DNA of 64,000 bases from Candidatus Syntropharchaeum caldarium (GCA_001766815.1 LYOS01000002.1:39777-103776), one strand, 5' to 3'; positions 49,501 to 58,499 are shown, counted from the first letter of the stretch. Notes: generated by a model from the sequence alone, not told the origin. Translations and numbers: made by a program.

Positions 49501-50482
49501 GATACTCAAAGGAACGGGGACAGGTGGATATGAACTGACCGTCACGGGCGAGGATGATGATGGTGTACTCACCAGTGAGACCGTTGCTGGAAATATCACA
49601 GCAGGTGAGATCCATGATGCAACCGCAGCGGTTAACACCACAGACATCACAAACATCACGATAGCACTCGAAGATGAGCCAGAGCCAACGATCAATGCAG
49701 ACGGAGTTGATAATGTCACACTCGCTGATCTCTATCCTGATATCGATGAGGTTGATATCGACCCCCTCGATCCTGAGACGATCGATACCACAGGGATGCC
49801 AGATATTGCCATTCACACCGCCTACATGGTCAACGCCTCAGGAGATGGTGAGTACACACTGAGGTTTGAGGATGTGGAGAACGCTGAGCTTATCACTGCA
49901 GTCTATAAGATCAATGAAGAGGGTGAATGGATCGAGCTTCCAGCAGTGATCAATGGATCGAGAGTTGAGGTTACGATGGAAGCAGGTGATCCACCGGTTA
50001 TTTTTGCATATCCAGCACCAGAAACACCGACTACAGATGACACAAACACCGCATCAACAGGTGGTAGTGGTGGTGGGGGCGGCGGAGGTGCAGGCCCGAA
50101 GGACTCAGATGGTGATGGTGTACCCGATCGTCAGGAGCAGCTTGATGGGACAGATCCTCTCAACCCTGATACAGATCATGATGGACTGAACGACTTTGAG
50201 GAGCGTGTGGCAGGAACAGACCCGAACAATCCTGATACCGATGGTGACGGAATAATCGATGGTGAAGATCCGGATCCAGCGATTATGAACTTCACACAGA
50301 AGGTGAAGAAGACCTTCTCTGATATTTCAGATACCATCTTTAGATCGGGTTCAGAGAATGCGCCGGTACCATCTTCAGAGAGCGGTGCAGAAGAGAAGAC
50401 GCCAGGGTTTGGAAGCTTTGCCTGGATCGTAGCAGTTCTTGCTATGGGGTATCTGGTAAGAAGGGAAAAAGTTGAAAAATAG
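43580..50482 (+). CDS. giant secreted multihaem c-type cytochrome with discoidin-like and golvesin-C-like domains, TSP3 repeats and PGF-CTERM anchor
   Basis: GGGGGG 6 nt upstream and a signal peptide. 17 CxxCH, 2x CTGADGCH and 1x [11 protein letters not shown], all within about the first 1390 aa. Poly-Gly linker, 'DSDGDGVPD...DTDHDGLND...[14 protein letters not shown]', and terminal '[27 protein letters not shown]'. Confidence 0.9.
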   Translation: MNEGMKKVKIFILVLLMIASPFSMLTAGAAIDGSKHDFTFESELTPNGACSACHEWRTMTWARNLSEEEAYFNQTEDPNYVHDPTIKCYDCHSGTAADNDPSYTLFINTTLGRYIPQDVAFDANMKGNDLSYDSSPSDDETGYYESSTSGHYIKTNATGLTNIEPGDKLPCTDCHEPHETEPTNEVFIKGSSEYPLGGKVVSNLKASTNTRSGTGTGREICAVCHGYSDSGIAVRFVDVNPLYGSTDRIVQTPSTVSQHAENDSTPCTDCHSHSTPASYFVGISSHNTHLTAEFGPKISSCTGADGCHSEGNFSRFNDNLTLSATHACDNCHSPNGTYNGVTLAKASWEEGVYNGTDLKSSKEKWCASCHDKEPASSMGNGSGINAPNIVGMNLSGSWQSPVAIITNQTENVSDATNLLDGDVETGASVSGASQIVFDLGESTEVSHIRLYTSASSTVKWEVYGSNDLSNWTRILYGQDVIFSAPAWLTGEDEGWDESRVDRIIPVRYIKLYKRSPWPVGSGSQREFEYKADIRYGYYTTGHKIACTNCHNRSSAHIDGTSQTYNTTLDNYQTGFRLKYLEVENETVPSLEIPRVDCNWGDYPKTSNDFALCFSCHNKYNLLGDASGTGDYHKDPPQTNFRNNTTNAHLIHLQGRGYCGNNPDWDSDWNGTADSPQSCTACHNVHGSPAPAMTRHGELVSINDTLEKAPLLNLKYINADGELDHNLSDATQSIGGRTQFYGAGPGNVAKNKVCNMCHNDQITYYRTPVPPTVTCGNGSGTGGCHSPTAYSSSAAGSHNTHLTAPRGPNITSCTGADGCHKGNHTGLFNDGLPLSTTHRCDNCHSPNGTYDGVNDSTIGAKPNWENGVYNNSTTLKSGKEKWCAGCHDDEPAYSKAEYSEVIVDNTEASFAGSWSTSSHSTDYGSNYRYNGAGSGTETATWTPNLPESGNYSVYAWWPIYVSGRATNAPYTVYYSSGSETVRVNHKAGGGGWNYIGTWNFSAGTSGYVVLSDDADGIVMADAIRFVKGGNATYAPNIIGDNTSYGFYATGHGRSGVVDCLSCHDSDKTHIDGIQRTYEANETTGDAITPYNNSYRLKDLDGLPAMVMPRKTTSTFNMQAYWRDFNLCFDCHNRFEVLGETSSDISNTNFWNNDSSISNSHWLHLGIDSKHFDSDYDSSADSRESCIACHNVHGSPTGPMIRHGELISYPSTANKEPAHNFYYLLPGDGSATARFTPTLAGGTYDIYAWWSSHSNRATNAKYIIYHDGGSAEVIVNQEENGSQWNLLGEYNITTSNGTVVLTSDGANEYIMADGIQWNRTDGGDTVYVDEPDATYTGSWTVETSNPDKYYGDSTRYYYAPIRNATANVNKSTGGTFYVSGVITANHLCQMCHSNVQYNRDPYTGPRVPYSDATPDNISNFESNTVTFTAFVTDVDENIANVTIDLSSFGGNVSQRMYDDGTHGDTKANDGVYSYQFTVPAGVDDGPRSITVTATDDDGNSGEGLIDLTVYQPGALIIDDEDASFTGTWGESTADETTYGTGYRWHASGTGSNTATWSVNITTAGNYTVYARWVTGSNRATDAPYTINYEGGNETVRVSQRIKGGKWNRLGNYYFDVGEYSVVLTDDADNYVIADAIKLESEAPPAYHPWPIADNPDAEYNGTGWYTGTADSGYYGSDFYYHASGTGENTATWTLAVPEAGKYDVYAWWADGSNRATNAPYMINYEGGSETVRVSQKINGGKWNLLGTYSFNAGNYSIVLSDDADGFIIADAVKFELNQSVWLTPSSIQCTNLTNASLLIDNSTSTANALDTGDEQYVVFDLGARYTVPSIKMYTDGSGNYTWDVYMGDNISDPACCNHSSWGTPVLENWTPSTSGWNEVNLTTPATARYIKLMRNDTGDDLAADSLYEFMFDPPTATLTFELHSYADMHIYDPEDRHLGMNYTTGEIENQIPGAVYDFGDVQTATLPKLAVGEYRVILKGTGTGGYELTVTGEDDDGVLTSETVAGNITAGEIHDATAAVNTTDITNITIALEDEPEPTINADGVDNVTLADLYPDIDEVDIDPLDPETIDTTGMPDIAIHTAYMVNASGDGEYTLRFEDVENAELITAVYKINEEGEWIELPAVINGSRVEVTMEAGDPPVIFAYPAPETPTTDDTNTASTGGSGGGGGGGAGPKDSDGDGVPDRQEQLDGTDPLNPDTDHDGLNDFEERVAGTDPNNPDTDGDGIIDGEDPDPAIMNFTQKVKKTFSDISDTIFRSGSENAPVPSSESGAEEKTPGFGSFAWIVAVLAMGYLVRREKVEK
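48134..48900 (+). repeat. tandem duplication (period 408 nt) inside the giant cytochrome gene
   Basis: AACCGTGC at 48302 recurs at 48710. The GAAACAGTAAGGGTTTCACAG...GGAGGAAAGTGGAAC block is nearly identical in both units. Each unit encodes one about 136-aa golvesin-C-like domain. Confidence 0.8.
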
Positions 50483-50503
50483 AAAAGGCTGGATTCACTT
50501 AAA

Positions 50504-51814
50504 TTAAAATATCTGCTGTGGAGGAGTGTTAGCTCCTCCCGGTGTTGTATTCTCAAAGATTGCAAAGTCGTTGCTATCAACGTCTGTATCCATGCCATCG
50601 GGGTATCTGCCTGCAGACGCACCATCTTCTGGTGCCTCAGCATTGTCTGAAACGTCGCCATCATCGAAGTCACCGTATGTAACTCTATCGATCACATTCC
50701 CGCCATTTTTCAGGATGATGGTATCTCCGCCATTGTTGAGTCCGAACGAGAAATCAGTGGACTTGTTCAGCAGCAAGAACCCATTTGCAGGTATTGTTTT
50801 TCCGTTTAGACTTGCAGGTGAAGCAGTGTTATCCTCGATCGTCCAGTCATCAAGCGAAATATCCTCGTCCATCAGGTTGTAGAGTTCGATCCATTCTGAA
50901 TCACCTGGTAAAGGATCTGAAAGAAACTCATTCACAACAACCTTCGGGACAGCATCACCCGCTTCGATCGTAAATGTCCCATCAACCACCCTATGTGTGA
51001 TCTCATCCACACCGTCTGTGAGTGATATAACCGTAAGATCGAGTGGGCTTGTGTCACCAATAGCCCCAACTGCTTCAAAGGTAATCTGAGCAAAGACCAC
51101 ATCGCCTGTAAGGCTCGTTGGGAAGTTGAGGGCTGTGTACTGGATAGATCCAGCGCTGTTGTTGATATCTCTATATAGCGGGAAGTTGAACTCGCCATCG
51201 GCAACATCAAGCACCTGCACGACATCTGGGTCGAAGTTCAGGATGATGTTTGCTCCCAGTCCCTGGTAGAGGTTCTCGATCATGATCGGAACTGTGGTAG
51301 TCTCACCTGCTTCACAGCTTAGATTCTCTATCGATACGATCGTATCAAGCACGGTAAATGTCCCGTCAACCACTGTATGCGTGATCTCATCCATGCCGTC
51401 TGTGAGTGATGTAACCGTAAGATCGAGCGGGCTTGTGTCACCACCCTCACCAACTGCCTCAAAAGTTACCTCTGCAAAGACCACATCGCCTGTAAGGCTC
51501 GTTGGGAAGTTGAATGCCGCGTACTGCACATATCCTGCCTCATTATCGATCTGGCTATAAACCGGGAAGTTGAAATCACTTCCATCTATATCAAGCACCT
51601 GCACGACATCTGGGTCGAAGTTCAGGATGATATTTGCTCCCAGTCCGCCATCAAGATTCTTGATTATGATTGGAACGGTCACACTCTCGCCTTTGCCAGC
51701 AGCCACATCCTCGATCGAGATGACCGTCTCTTCGTTTGCAGCTGCTGTAATTACAAGAGCTGATGCTACAATGAGTATGGCAACCACAGATGCAGCCAGT
51801 TTATGCCTCATCAT
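50504..51814 (-). CDS. secreted protein with two cohesin domains and a lamin-tail (LTD) domain
   Basis: Signal peptide. Two 128-aa units 'GE..TVPI.I.NL..GLGANIILNFDPDVVQVLD...LTGDVVFA..TFEAVG..GDTSPLDLTV.SLTDG.DEITH.VVDGTFT'. Then 'VVVNEFLSDP..DSEWIELYN...ISLDDWTIED....GGDTIILKNGGNVIDRVTYG'. Confidence 0.75.
   Translation of the reverse strand: MMRHKLAASVVAILIVASALVITAAANEETVISIEDVAAGKGESVTVPIIIKNLDGGLGANIILNFDPDVVQVLDIDGSDFNFPVYSQIDNEAGYVQYAAFNFPTSLTGDVVFAEVTFEAVGEGGDTSPLDLTVTSLTDGMDEITHTVVDGTFTVLDTIVSIENLSCEAGETTTVPIMIENLYQGLGANIILNFDPDVVQVLDVADGEFNFPLYRDINNSAGSIQYTALNFPTSLTGDVVFAQITFEAVGAIGDTSPLDLTVISLTDGVDEITHRVVDGTFTIEAGDAVPKVVVNEFLSDPLPGDSEWIELYNLMDEDISLDDWTIEDNTASPASLNGKTIPANGFLLLNKSTDFSFGLNNGGDTIILKNGGNVIDRVTYGDFDDGDVSDNAEAPEDGASAGRYPDGMDTDVDSNDFAIFENTTPGGANTPPQQIF
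50960..51727 (-). repeat. tandem duplication (period 384 nt) = the two cohesin modules
   Basis: CCGTAAGATCGAG at 51031 recurs at 51415. Long near-identical nucleotide stretches occur in both units. Confidence 0.8.
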
Positions 51815-51825
51815 GGTAAACCACC

Positions 51826-52737
51826 TCAGCGAAGCAGTTCATAGCCAGCAATCCCGTTAATATGTGATGCCAGATAGACCGCATCGAGCAGGTTGACAAC
51901 ACCGCTGCCATCAACGTCTGCAATTCTCTCGTTCAGGTCATATCCAGGGACCCCGAGTGCATAGCATCCAAGATACACAACGTCATCCTCATCCACATCA
52001 CCATCATCATCGACATCGCCGTTCTTTTTCACAGTGAGCTCAACACTGACCGATGTCTCTGAGAGACCGGGTGCATTTGTTGCGTTGACTGGCAGGAGAT
52101 ACGTACCTGGTGTGGTTCCATCACTTGCATTTGTTACAATTGTGTAAACACCTCCGCCAGTATCAGTCATCACTGCTTCACTATCTCCACCTATCTGAGA
52201 TAGATCGATCGTAACCGAATCGATAGCGCAGATATCGGTGACAGTAACAGATAGCTCTGCTTCTTCTCCCCAGAGAGGGGTATCATCCGTATCGTCAGGG
52301 ATTATCGCAGGATTTGCAGATGGATCTGTCACAAGTGGTGGTGCAACTCCGGTCAGATCAACTTTTCTCGGTGGCTGCATGCGCCCCCATTCTGCAGTCT
52401 CCTGTGCAGTCATCACCCTTCCATCAGGTAGCGTTATCACGAATGTAATTATCTTTCCACGATCATATAGCGTGCCTGTAACCGCCAGATAATTGAGATT
52501 GTTTCCATATTCTCCTTCAATACCTACTGTTGTAGTTCCTCTGAGTTCACCATCGATATACGCCTCTATGATTGTATCTGTGGGCGCGTCAACACCGTTA
52601 ACGCTCACATTTCCCCAGAATTTATTTGGTAGTGCTGGAGGAGGGGAAACCGCTGTTGCTGCTATCACACCAAGCAATAAGAGCAGGCTAATAATAAGAA
52701 TGCCTCCAGTTACCTTTTTCGTTACTTCTTTTTGCAT
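51826..52737 (-). CDS. secreted dockerin-domain protein
   Basis: Signal peptide 'MQKEVTKKVTGGILIISLLLLLGVIAATAV'. C-terminal dockerin with two Ca-binding loops 'DVDDDGDVDEDD' and 'DVDGSGVVNLLD'. ATG 52737 follows GGAGG by 7 nt (track start 52797 less likely). 11 nt upstream of the cohesin gene. Confidence 0.7.
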   Translation of the reverse strand: MQKEVTKKVTGGILIISLLLLLGVIAATAVSPPPALPNKFWGNVSVNGVDAPTDTIIEAYIDGELRGTTTVGIEGEYGNNLNYLAVTGTLYDRGKIITFVITLPDGRVMTAQETAEWGRMQPPRKVDLTGVAPPLVTDPSANPAIIPDDTDDTPLWGEEAELSVTVTDICAIDSVTIDLSQIGGDSEAVMTDTGGGVYTIVTNASDGTTPGTYLLPVNATNAPGLSETSVSVELTVKKNGDVDDDGDVDEDDVVYLGCYALGVPGYDLNERIADVDGSGVVNLLDAVYLASHINGIAGYELLR

Positions 52738-53014
52738 ACACATGCCTCCATTCCTCGTGGTGGCCAACCTACATCTCTTCAAAAGCAGTCGCATCAAAAT
52801 GACAAAATGCCATAATTATTTGACATTTCTTGTACTGTTGGACTGCTATATGACCACCAGAAGCGCATCATCGTTTATACTATTTAAAACTATCGATCTC
52901 AAATATCGTTGTTCTGATGTGAATTTGACAGATGAATAAAAATACAAAAAGAACAAATAAGTCAATCATGGAAGTAATGATAAATTTAAATTGATAAGAC
53001 CCTGAACTGGATTA

Positions 53015-53704
53015 TTACAATACGATGAGTCCGTCGACCGCAAGCACACCCTTCTCATATCCGAGAAGTGGATTTATATCAAGCTCGGTTATCGCTTCGA
53101 ATGTCTCCATAATCGTTGCAACCTTCAATATAACATCAATAATCGCCTCAATATCGAGTGGGGGCATCCCCCTGAAACCATCAAGCACAGGCGCACCCTT
53201 GATCTCACGCACCATTCTGCGGGCTTCTTCTCGATCGATGGGAGGTATGCGAATCGATACATCATCGAGAATCTCGGTAAATACACCTCCAAGACCGAAA
53301 ATAAGTGCAGGACCAAATGTTGGATCTCGTTTTGAGCCCACAAGAAGCTCCTGACCCGCTTCTGCCATCTCCTGCACGAGAAATGCGAACTCAATTCCTT
53401 CTGCCAGCGCTTGCTCTCTGATATTGGAAGCTGCCAGCTCAAGTTCTGCCTCATCCCTGAGTCCCACGTACACACCACCAAAGTCTGATTTGTGACGCAC
53501 GTCAGGAGAAGAGATCTTTAAAACAAGTGGATAACCGATCTTTGCACCTGCTGCAATCGCATCTTCAATTGTTTCTGCAAGTATTTCTTCTGTTACGGGT
53601 ATTCCAGCTGCCCTAAAGATCTTCTTTGATTCATACTCTGTCAAAACTCTACCATTACCTGTCCCTACCCCTTCCAGCAGATTTTTTGCAACTTTCGATT
53701 GCAT
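53015..53704 (-). CDS. ADP-forming acetyl-CoA synthetase beta-subunit-like (ATP-grasp) protein
   Basis: 'LTEYESKKIFRAAGIPV', 'GYPLVLKISSPDVRHKSDFGGV', 'ELDINPL' fit the AcdB/ATP-grasp_5 pattern. Confidence 0.7.
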   Translation of the reverse strand: MQSKVAKNLLEGVGTGNGRVLTEYESKKIFRAAGIPVTEEILAETIEDAIAAGAKIGYPLVLKISSPDVRHKSDFGGVYVGLRDEAELELAASNIREQALAEGIEFAFLVQEMAEAGQELLVGSKRDPTFGPALIFGLGGVFTEILDDVSIRIPPIDREEARRMVREIKGAPVLDGFRGMPPLDIEAIIDVILKVATIMETFEAITELDINPLLGYEKGVLAVDGLIVL

Positions 53705-53986
53705 TTAAACTTCAATACTTGCCAGGTCACGGGTGTCGTACCTGAGTTTATTCATATCGATGGTTACAACATCCTTTGCAGCTTTGACCGCCACAAATGG
53801 AATGCGTATAAAGTCACCCTCCATATCTAAACCACTTGTATCAAAACTTATATCTGGCTTTATAAGAATATTGATGAGTTCACCTGTTCGCATATCTGCT
53901 ATAACACTCTCAAGTTTCCCCACTTCAGTTCCATCAGTTGCCACAACCTTCTTTCCAGTAAGACCTTTTGCATAGATGCTTGGCAT
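53705..53986 (-). CDS. PRC-barrel domain protein
   Basis: 'LTGKKVVATDGTEVGKLESVIADMRTGELINILIK' is a typical PRC-barrel. Abuts the downstream gene. Confidence 0.65.
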   Translation of the reverse strand: MPSIYAKGLTGKKVVATDGTEVGKLESVIADMRTGELINILIKPDISFDTSGLDMEGDFIRIPFVAVKAAKDVVTIDMNKLRYDTRDLASIEV

Positions 53987-54012
53987 CCAATCACCCCATA
54001 ATATGATGAACT

Positions 54013-56214
54013 CTATCCTATATAAGCGTTGGCTTCCACTGATCTCCTGCTGCCCCTGAAAATGCGTTCCATTCGCTCATAGAAGTCACGAGCATTCTCA
54101 TCCATCGTTGGCTTGACAATTGACAGTGCCTCTATAAAATGCCTCATCTTCACGCTGGTGGCGTCAAAATCCTCTCTCAGCGCTATAAGTCCTGCTTCTG
54201 TGCATAACGCCTCAATATCAGACCCCAGATAATCTTCTGTTAGATCTACAAGCTCACTGAGATTGACATCATCTGAAAGCGGCATAGAAGCAGTATGTAT
54301 CTGGAATATCTGCCTTCGATCCTCTTTTGATGGTGGCGATACAAAGATGATCCTGTCAAACCTACCAGGTCGCAAGATGGCAGGATCAATTGCATCATAG
54401 GATCGGTTCGTTGCAGCAAGCATAACAACTCCTTCAAGCCCCCTGATTCCATCCATCTCCGTTAGAAGCTGGTTCACAACCCGTTCTGATGTCTGTGACC
54501 CATTCATGCCTCTGGCGGGTGCTATTGCATCAATCTCATCGAAGAATATTATAGAGGGTGCAGCCTGCCTCGCCTTCCTGAATATCTCCCTTATTCCGCG
54601 TTCTGATTCTCCGAGCCACTTTGACAAGATCTCAGGACCATTGACCGCGATGAAGTTTGCAGATGACTCATGTGCGATAGCTTTGGCAATGAGTGTCTTG
54701 CCGCAACCGGGCGGACCGATCAAGAAGATGCCACCTGAAGTTTTAATTCCCATCCGTTCAAGATGCTCGGGGTATTTGATTGGCCACTCAACCATCTCAA
54801 TAAGCTTCTTCTTAACATCTTCAAGACCCCCAACATCCTTCCAACCAACCTTTGGCGTCTCGATAAGAACGTCTTTTATTATCGATGGTTCGAGATCGTT
54901 CAAAGCCATCTTGAAATCTTCGGACGTTACAACCAGTTCTTCAAGCCTCTCTTCAGGTATTGAATCGTCTTCAAGCTCGATCCCTGAGAGGAATCTTCTC
55001 AAAGCACACATCGCAGCTTCTCTGCAGACTGCCTCAAGATCTGCCCCGACATACCCGTGCAGCTTTTCCGAGAGCTTCGCAAGATCAACATCCTTCCCAA
55101 GCGGCATATTGCGGGTATGGACCTGTATGATCTCAAGGCGATCCTCATAATCAGGTACCTTGAGTTCGATCTCCCTATCAAATCTGCCAGGACGCCTCAG
55201 TGCGGGATCGATCGCGTTCAACCTGTTTGTCGCTCCGATCACAACGATCTCACCACGATCCACCAGCCCATCCATGATCGTTAGAAGCTGCGCAACCACC
55301 CTCCGTTCGACTTCTCCCGAAACTTCCTCGCGTTTTGGGGCAATTGAATCTATTTCATCAATAAAAATGATAGAGGGAGCATTTTCACGCGCTTTTTCGA
55401 ATACTTCTCGAAGGTGTTTCTCGGATTCACCGTAATACTTTGATACGATCTCCGGTCCTGCGATATCGAAGAAACTTGCGCCTGCTTCGTTAGCCACAGC
55501 TTTTGCGATCAGGGTCTTGCCACACCCGGGGGGACCATGCAGAATCACGCCTTTTGGGGGTTTCACGCCAAGTCGGTTGAATACCTCAGGGTGCTTGAAC
55601 GGCAGCTCTATCATCTCTCGGACTCGCTGTATCTCAGTTTTCAATCCACCAATATCCTCATAGGTGATTCCAGATAGGTTAAAATCTGTTTCAGCCTCGA
55701 TCGCGTCGGTGAGAAGTTCAACCTCTGTATCTGCTGTCACAACAACCGCGCCATCTGGTTCGAGATCGCGGACAACAAATGGCAGAAACTCACCAAGCGT
55801 TGTGTTACTCATTACAGGGATAATGTCCCCCTTGCAGAGCGCACGTTTCATGATCTGAGCATGTACAAGTTCTGTAACGTTCTTTCCACCAAAGACAACG
55901 TGACTTCCTTCAATTGGGGCAAGTTTGACACGAATTGCATTATTGATTTCCACTCGCCTCAGAACAACCCGCTCTCCGATCGCGACATTTGCATTCTCAC
56001 GAGTGTAACGATCGATCTTCACGATTCCTTTCTCCCAATCCTGTTTACTGAGCCTTGAAAGTCGTGCAACCGTCTTTCGTTTCCCCTCAATCTCGATAAC
56101 ATCCCCATAAGAGACTTTTAGATTGATCACGACATCGGGAGATACAGCTGCTCGCCCTCGCTCAAGATCTCTCGGATACGCCTTTGATACAATAAGATCT
56201 ACTTCTTCCTTCAT
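54013..56214 (-). CDS. cdc48: CDC48/VCP-type AAA+ ATPase
   Basis: N-domain plus two AAA modules (Walker A 'GPPGCGKTL' twice; 'IIFIDEIDS', 'IIFFDEIDA'). Track start 56220 is GTG; ATG 56214 follows GAGGGGTGA. Confidence 0.95.
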   Translation of the reverse strand: MKEEVDLIVSKAYPRDLERGRAAVSPDVVINLKVSYGDVIEIEGKRKTVARLSRLSKQDWEKGIVKIDRYTRENANVAIGERVVLRRVEINNAIRVKLAPIEGSHVVFGGKNVTELVHAQIMKRALCKGDIIPVMSNTTLGEFLPFVVRDLEPDGAVVVTADTEVELLTDAIEAETDFNLSGITYEDIGGLKTEIQRVREMIELPFKHPEVFNRLGVKPPKGVILHGPPGCGKTLIAKAVANEAGASFFDIAGPEIVSKYYGESEKHLREVFEKARENAPSIIFIDEIDSIAPKREEVSGEVERRVVAQLLTIMDGLVDRGEIVVIGATNRLNAIDPALRRPGRFDREIELKVPDYEDRLEIIQVHTRNMPLGKDVDLAKLSEKLHGYVGADLEAVCREAAMCALRRFLSGIELEDDSIPEERLEELVVTSEDFKMALNDLEPSIIKDVLIETPKVGWKDVGGLEDVKKKLIEMVEWPIKYPEHLERMGIKTSGGIFLIGPPGCGKTLIAKAIAHESSANFIAVNGPEILSKWLGESERGIREIFRKARQAAPSIIFFDEIDAIAPARGMNGSQTSERVVNQLLTEMDGIRGLEGVVMLAATNRSYDAIDPAILRPGRFDRIIFVSPPSKEDRRQIFQIHTASMPLSDDVNLSELVDLTEDYLGSDIEALCTEAGLIALREDFDATSVKMRHFIEALSIVKPTMDENARDFYERMERIFRGSRRSVEANAYIG

Positions 56215-56216
56215 TT

Positions 56217-57266
56217 TCACCCCTCAAACAAACTCTTCTGATAGCTTTTTATTCGTTTAACTGCATCCTCTGCTATCGCCGGATTTATCTCGTACCCAGC
56301 ACCATCCCGTTTCAAATCCCTTGCAGCAACCAGAGTCGTTCCTGAGCCCAGAAAAGGATCAAGCACCGTCTCTCCGATGAAACTGTATGCCTTTATTAGC
56401 CTGTAAGGCAGTTCATAAGGAAATGGTGCAACATGATCCCGTCTATCTCCACTTCCCTCTGGATTTATCAACCACACATCACTCTTCTTAAGCGAGAGCC
56501 AGAACTCTTTATCGAGCTTTGATGCTTCCTTTGCTTCAGGAGTGAGGTGTGCGTACTTTCTATAACCTGCTGGAGATGGCTTCTCAAACTCAAGGATAAA
56601 CTCATGGGCATGATTCAAAAGGATACCACCAGGATAGGGGTACGTCCCAAAATGCGCCCTTACCGAGTTTGTCTTATGCCAGATAATATCCCGTTTGAAG
56701 ATGAATCCGATCCTCTCACAGAGGTCGATCGTTCTTCCCACAAGATTTAAAGTTTTAAAACTCCCCTCTGTCCTTATCGGCAGGTTCATGATATTGATAA
56801 ATGCCTTTCTTCCGGGCTGTAAAACCCTGAAGACCTCCTCCCAGACATTGCTGATCTCATCAAACCATTCATCCAGGTCATGAATATCGCCAAGATCGCT
56901 CTCTATAGGCTCTCTGGAGTACATCTTTGCATTAAAATACGGTGGAGAGGTTACCATTAAGTGTATCGAGTTATCCTCTATCTCAGACATCACCTGTGCA
57001 TTCCTGACATAGATACGTTGACTGGTCCCGTTGACCTCAATGACGCTGGTTTCGCCGAGCACACTGCCTGTTTCATTCCTGCTAAACCCCTCGACTTCAA
57101 TTTTCTGTAACGCATCAAGTGTGAATCGATATTGTCCACTGGCTGATCTGTACGTCTCTATGGCATTTCGCTTAACAAGCTCATGGAGGTTACTCACCGA
57201 TATTCCAAGATATTTTGCAGCTTCTCCTGATGATAGGTAACTTCTATTCCTATAATCTGTTATCAT
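56217..57266 (-). CDS. beta-class N4-cytosine/N6-adenine DNA methyltransferase with N-terminal excisionase/MerR-type HTH
   Basis: HTH 'LSSGEAAKYLGISVSNLHELVKRNAI'. Motif IV 'TSPPY' precedes motif I 'DPFLGSGTT'. Track start 57296 is GTG; ATG 57266 forms an ATGA overlap with the upstream small ORF. Confidence 0.8.
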   Translation of the reverse strand: MITDYRNRSYLSSGEAAKYLGISVSNLHELVKRNAIETYRSASGQYRFTLDALQKIEVEGFSRNETGSVLGETSVIEVNGTSQRIYVRNAQVMSEIEDNSIHLMVTSPPYFNAKMYSREPIESDLGDIHDLDEWFDEISNVWEEVFRVLQPGRKAFINIMNLPIRTEGSFKTLNLVGRTIDLCERIGFIFKRDIIWHKTNSVRAHFGTYPYPGGILLNHAHEFILEFEKPSPAGYRKYAHLTPEAKEASKLDKEFWLSLKKSDVWLINPEGSGDRRDHVAPFPYELPYRLIKAYSFIGETVLDPFLGSGTTLVAARDLKRDGAGYEINPAIAEDAVKRIKSYQKSLFEG

Positions 57267-57427
57267 CGCTTTATGACTATTTTTATCTCTTTCCACTCTT
57301 TATCAACGCCATTGAGTTCCCCCACAAAGCCGCCAATAACGCCAAGTGTCAGTCTTCTAACAAATGGATTTGTATCAATCTCCTGTCCGTCAGCAACAAT
57401 CGTAACCTCAATATCCTTCTCATCCAT
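57263..57427 (-). CDS. unannotated 54-aa ORF between moaA and the methyltransferase
   Basis: Below the track cut-off. 'MDEKDIEVTIVADGQEIDTNPFVRRLTLGVIGGFVGELNGVDKEWKEIKIVIKR'. GAGGGGGAG 5 nt upstream of the ATG; the stop overlaps the methyltransferase ATG. Confidence 0.35.
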   Translation of the reverse strand: MDEKDIEVTIVADGQEIDTNPFVRRLTLGVIGGFVGELNGVDKEWKEIKIVIKR

Positions 57428-57444
57428 GATGACTCCCCCTCGTT

Positions 57445-58392
57445 TTATCCTTTAAAGAACGGTTCTCTCAGAGCCAGTGATCTCATAAATGCGTCCATGA
57501 TGGCATCATTTCCCAGATCCTCGATCGCAACGAGGTTATCATCCCTCAGGAGACATGGTTTAAACTTTCCGTCAGATGTCACCCTCAATCGGTTGCAGTT
57601 TGCGCAAAACTCCGAGTTATCCATCGGACGCACCACTTCCACCTCTACTTCATCTATTAAATACTTTCGCCTGTGGTGCATCGTTCTACACCTGATTGAA
57701 TCACATTTAAGAGCAAGTTCGCTTTCAATCGCCTTCATGTTACCCCTCAGTTCTTCAATTCCGTTAAAATCAAGCAGTTCAATGAGCTGAAGTATCACCG
57801 ATCCCTTACCCCAGCGGGCATTGAGTTTGCGGATGTATTCCACCACATCCCAGATCTCATCATCGTTGATACCCTGTAGCAACACAAAATTGAGTTTAAG
57901 TGGAGAGAATCCAAGTTCACATGCCCTGTTAATCCCTGCAAGGGTGCGAGCAAGCATTTTTCCAGGTGCACCGGTAATCCGCGCATATCGCTCAGCCCTC
58001 AATGTATCAAGACTCACGTTTATACGAAGTCCACAAGCTGGAAGCGATGGTGCGACATCTTCAAGGAGTGTGCCATTTGTTGTGAGTGAGATATCACTTA
58101 ACGCTGGCAACGCTGCAAGAATCTCCGGGAGGTCATCTCTGAGGAGTGGTTCCCCTCCTGAAAACTTGACTCGATCAATACCAGCAGTAGTTTTCAGTAC
58201 CTCAACGATCTTTACAACCATCTCTGCGCTGATCTCGTCATTCTGCTTCTTATTATTATGATTCTCACCTTCGTGGTGACAGTACAGGCAATTGAGGTTA
58301 CATCGCTGGGTAAGTGATATCCTGAGGCTCCTTATCTGCCGACCATACAGGTCACAGAATATCCGAGGTTGTTTCATCGTATCAGCGCGCAT
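57445..58392 (-). CDS. moaA: GTP 3',8-cyclase MoaA (radical SAM)
   Basis: 'SLTQRCNLNCLYCH' radical SAM cluster and C-terminal 'CANCNRLRVTSDGKFKPCL' second cluster. Confidence 0.9.
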   Translation of the reverse strand: MRADTMKQPRIFCDLYGRQIRSLRISLTQRCNLNCLYCHHEGENHNNKKQNDEISAEMVVKIVEVLKTTAGIDRVKFSGGEPLLRDDLPEILAALPALSDISLTTNGTLLEDVAPSLPACGLRINVSLDTLRAERYARITGAPGKMLARTLAGINRACELGFSPLKLNFVLLQGINDDEIWDVVEYIRKLNARWGKGSVILQLIELLDFNGIEELRGNMKAIESELALKCDSIRCRTMHHRRKYLIDEVEVEVVRPMDNSEFCANCNRLRVTSDGKFKPCLLRDDNLVAIEDLGNDAIMDAFMRSLALREPFFKG

Positions 58393-58499
58393 GCTCTACA
58401 TCAGCTGATTGGAAGACGTTACATAAAAATATTATTAAAAATGACCTGTACGGATAACATTTATCAGCTATCTGCAGATTAAGTTAATAGGTGTCTTTG

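Noticed and set aside
50061-50092. G-rich run (GGTGGTAGTGGTGGTGGGGGCGGCGGAGGTG) as a G-quadruplex or slippage site
   Set aside because: It is in frame and encodes a Gly/Ser linker between domains. There is no evidence of frame disruption.
50101-50280. Asp-rich repeats at the cytochrome C-terminus as a dockerin
   Set aside because: There are three short 'D.D.DG..D' loops separated by 'DP.NPDTD' linkers. They lack the two 22-residue loop-helix segments of a dockerin, so this fits thrombospondin type 3 repeats better.
43580-50482. The giant ORF as a chimeric mis-assembly of several cytochrome genes
   Set aside because: The frame is continuous and the domain order is coherent (signal peptide at the start, sorting signal at the end). 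Only one repeat pair is near-identical at the nucleotide level. This cannot be excluded without reads.
50521-50540. Hairpin GGAGGAG-TGTTAG-CTCCTCC between the convergent cytochrome and cohesin genes as a bidirectional terminator
   Set aside because: It lies inside the cohesin gene's last codons and is not followed by a T-run on either strand.
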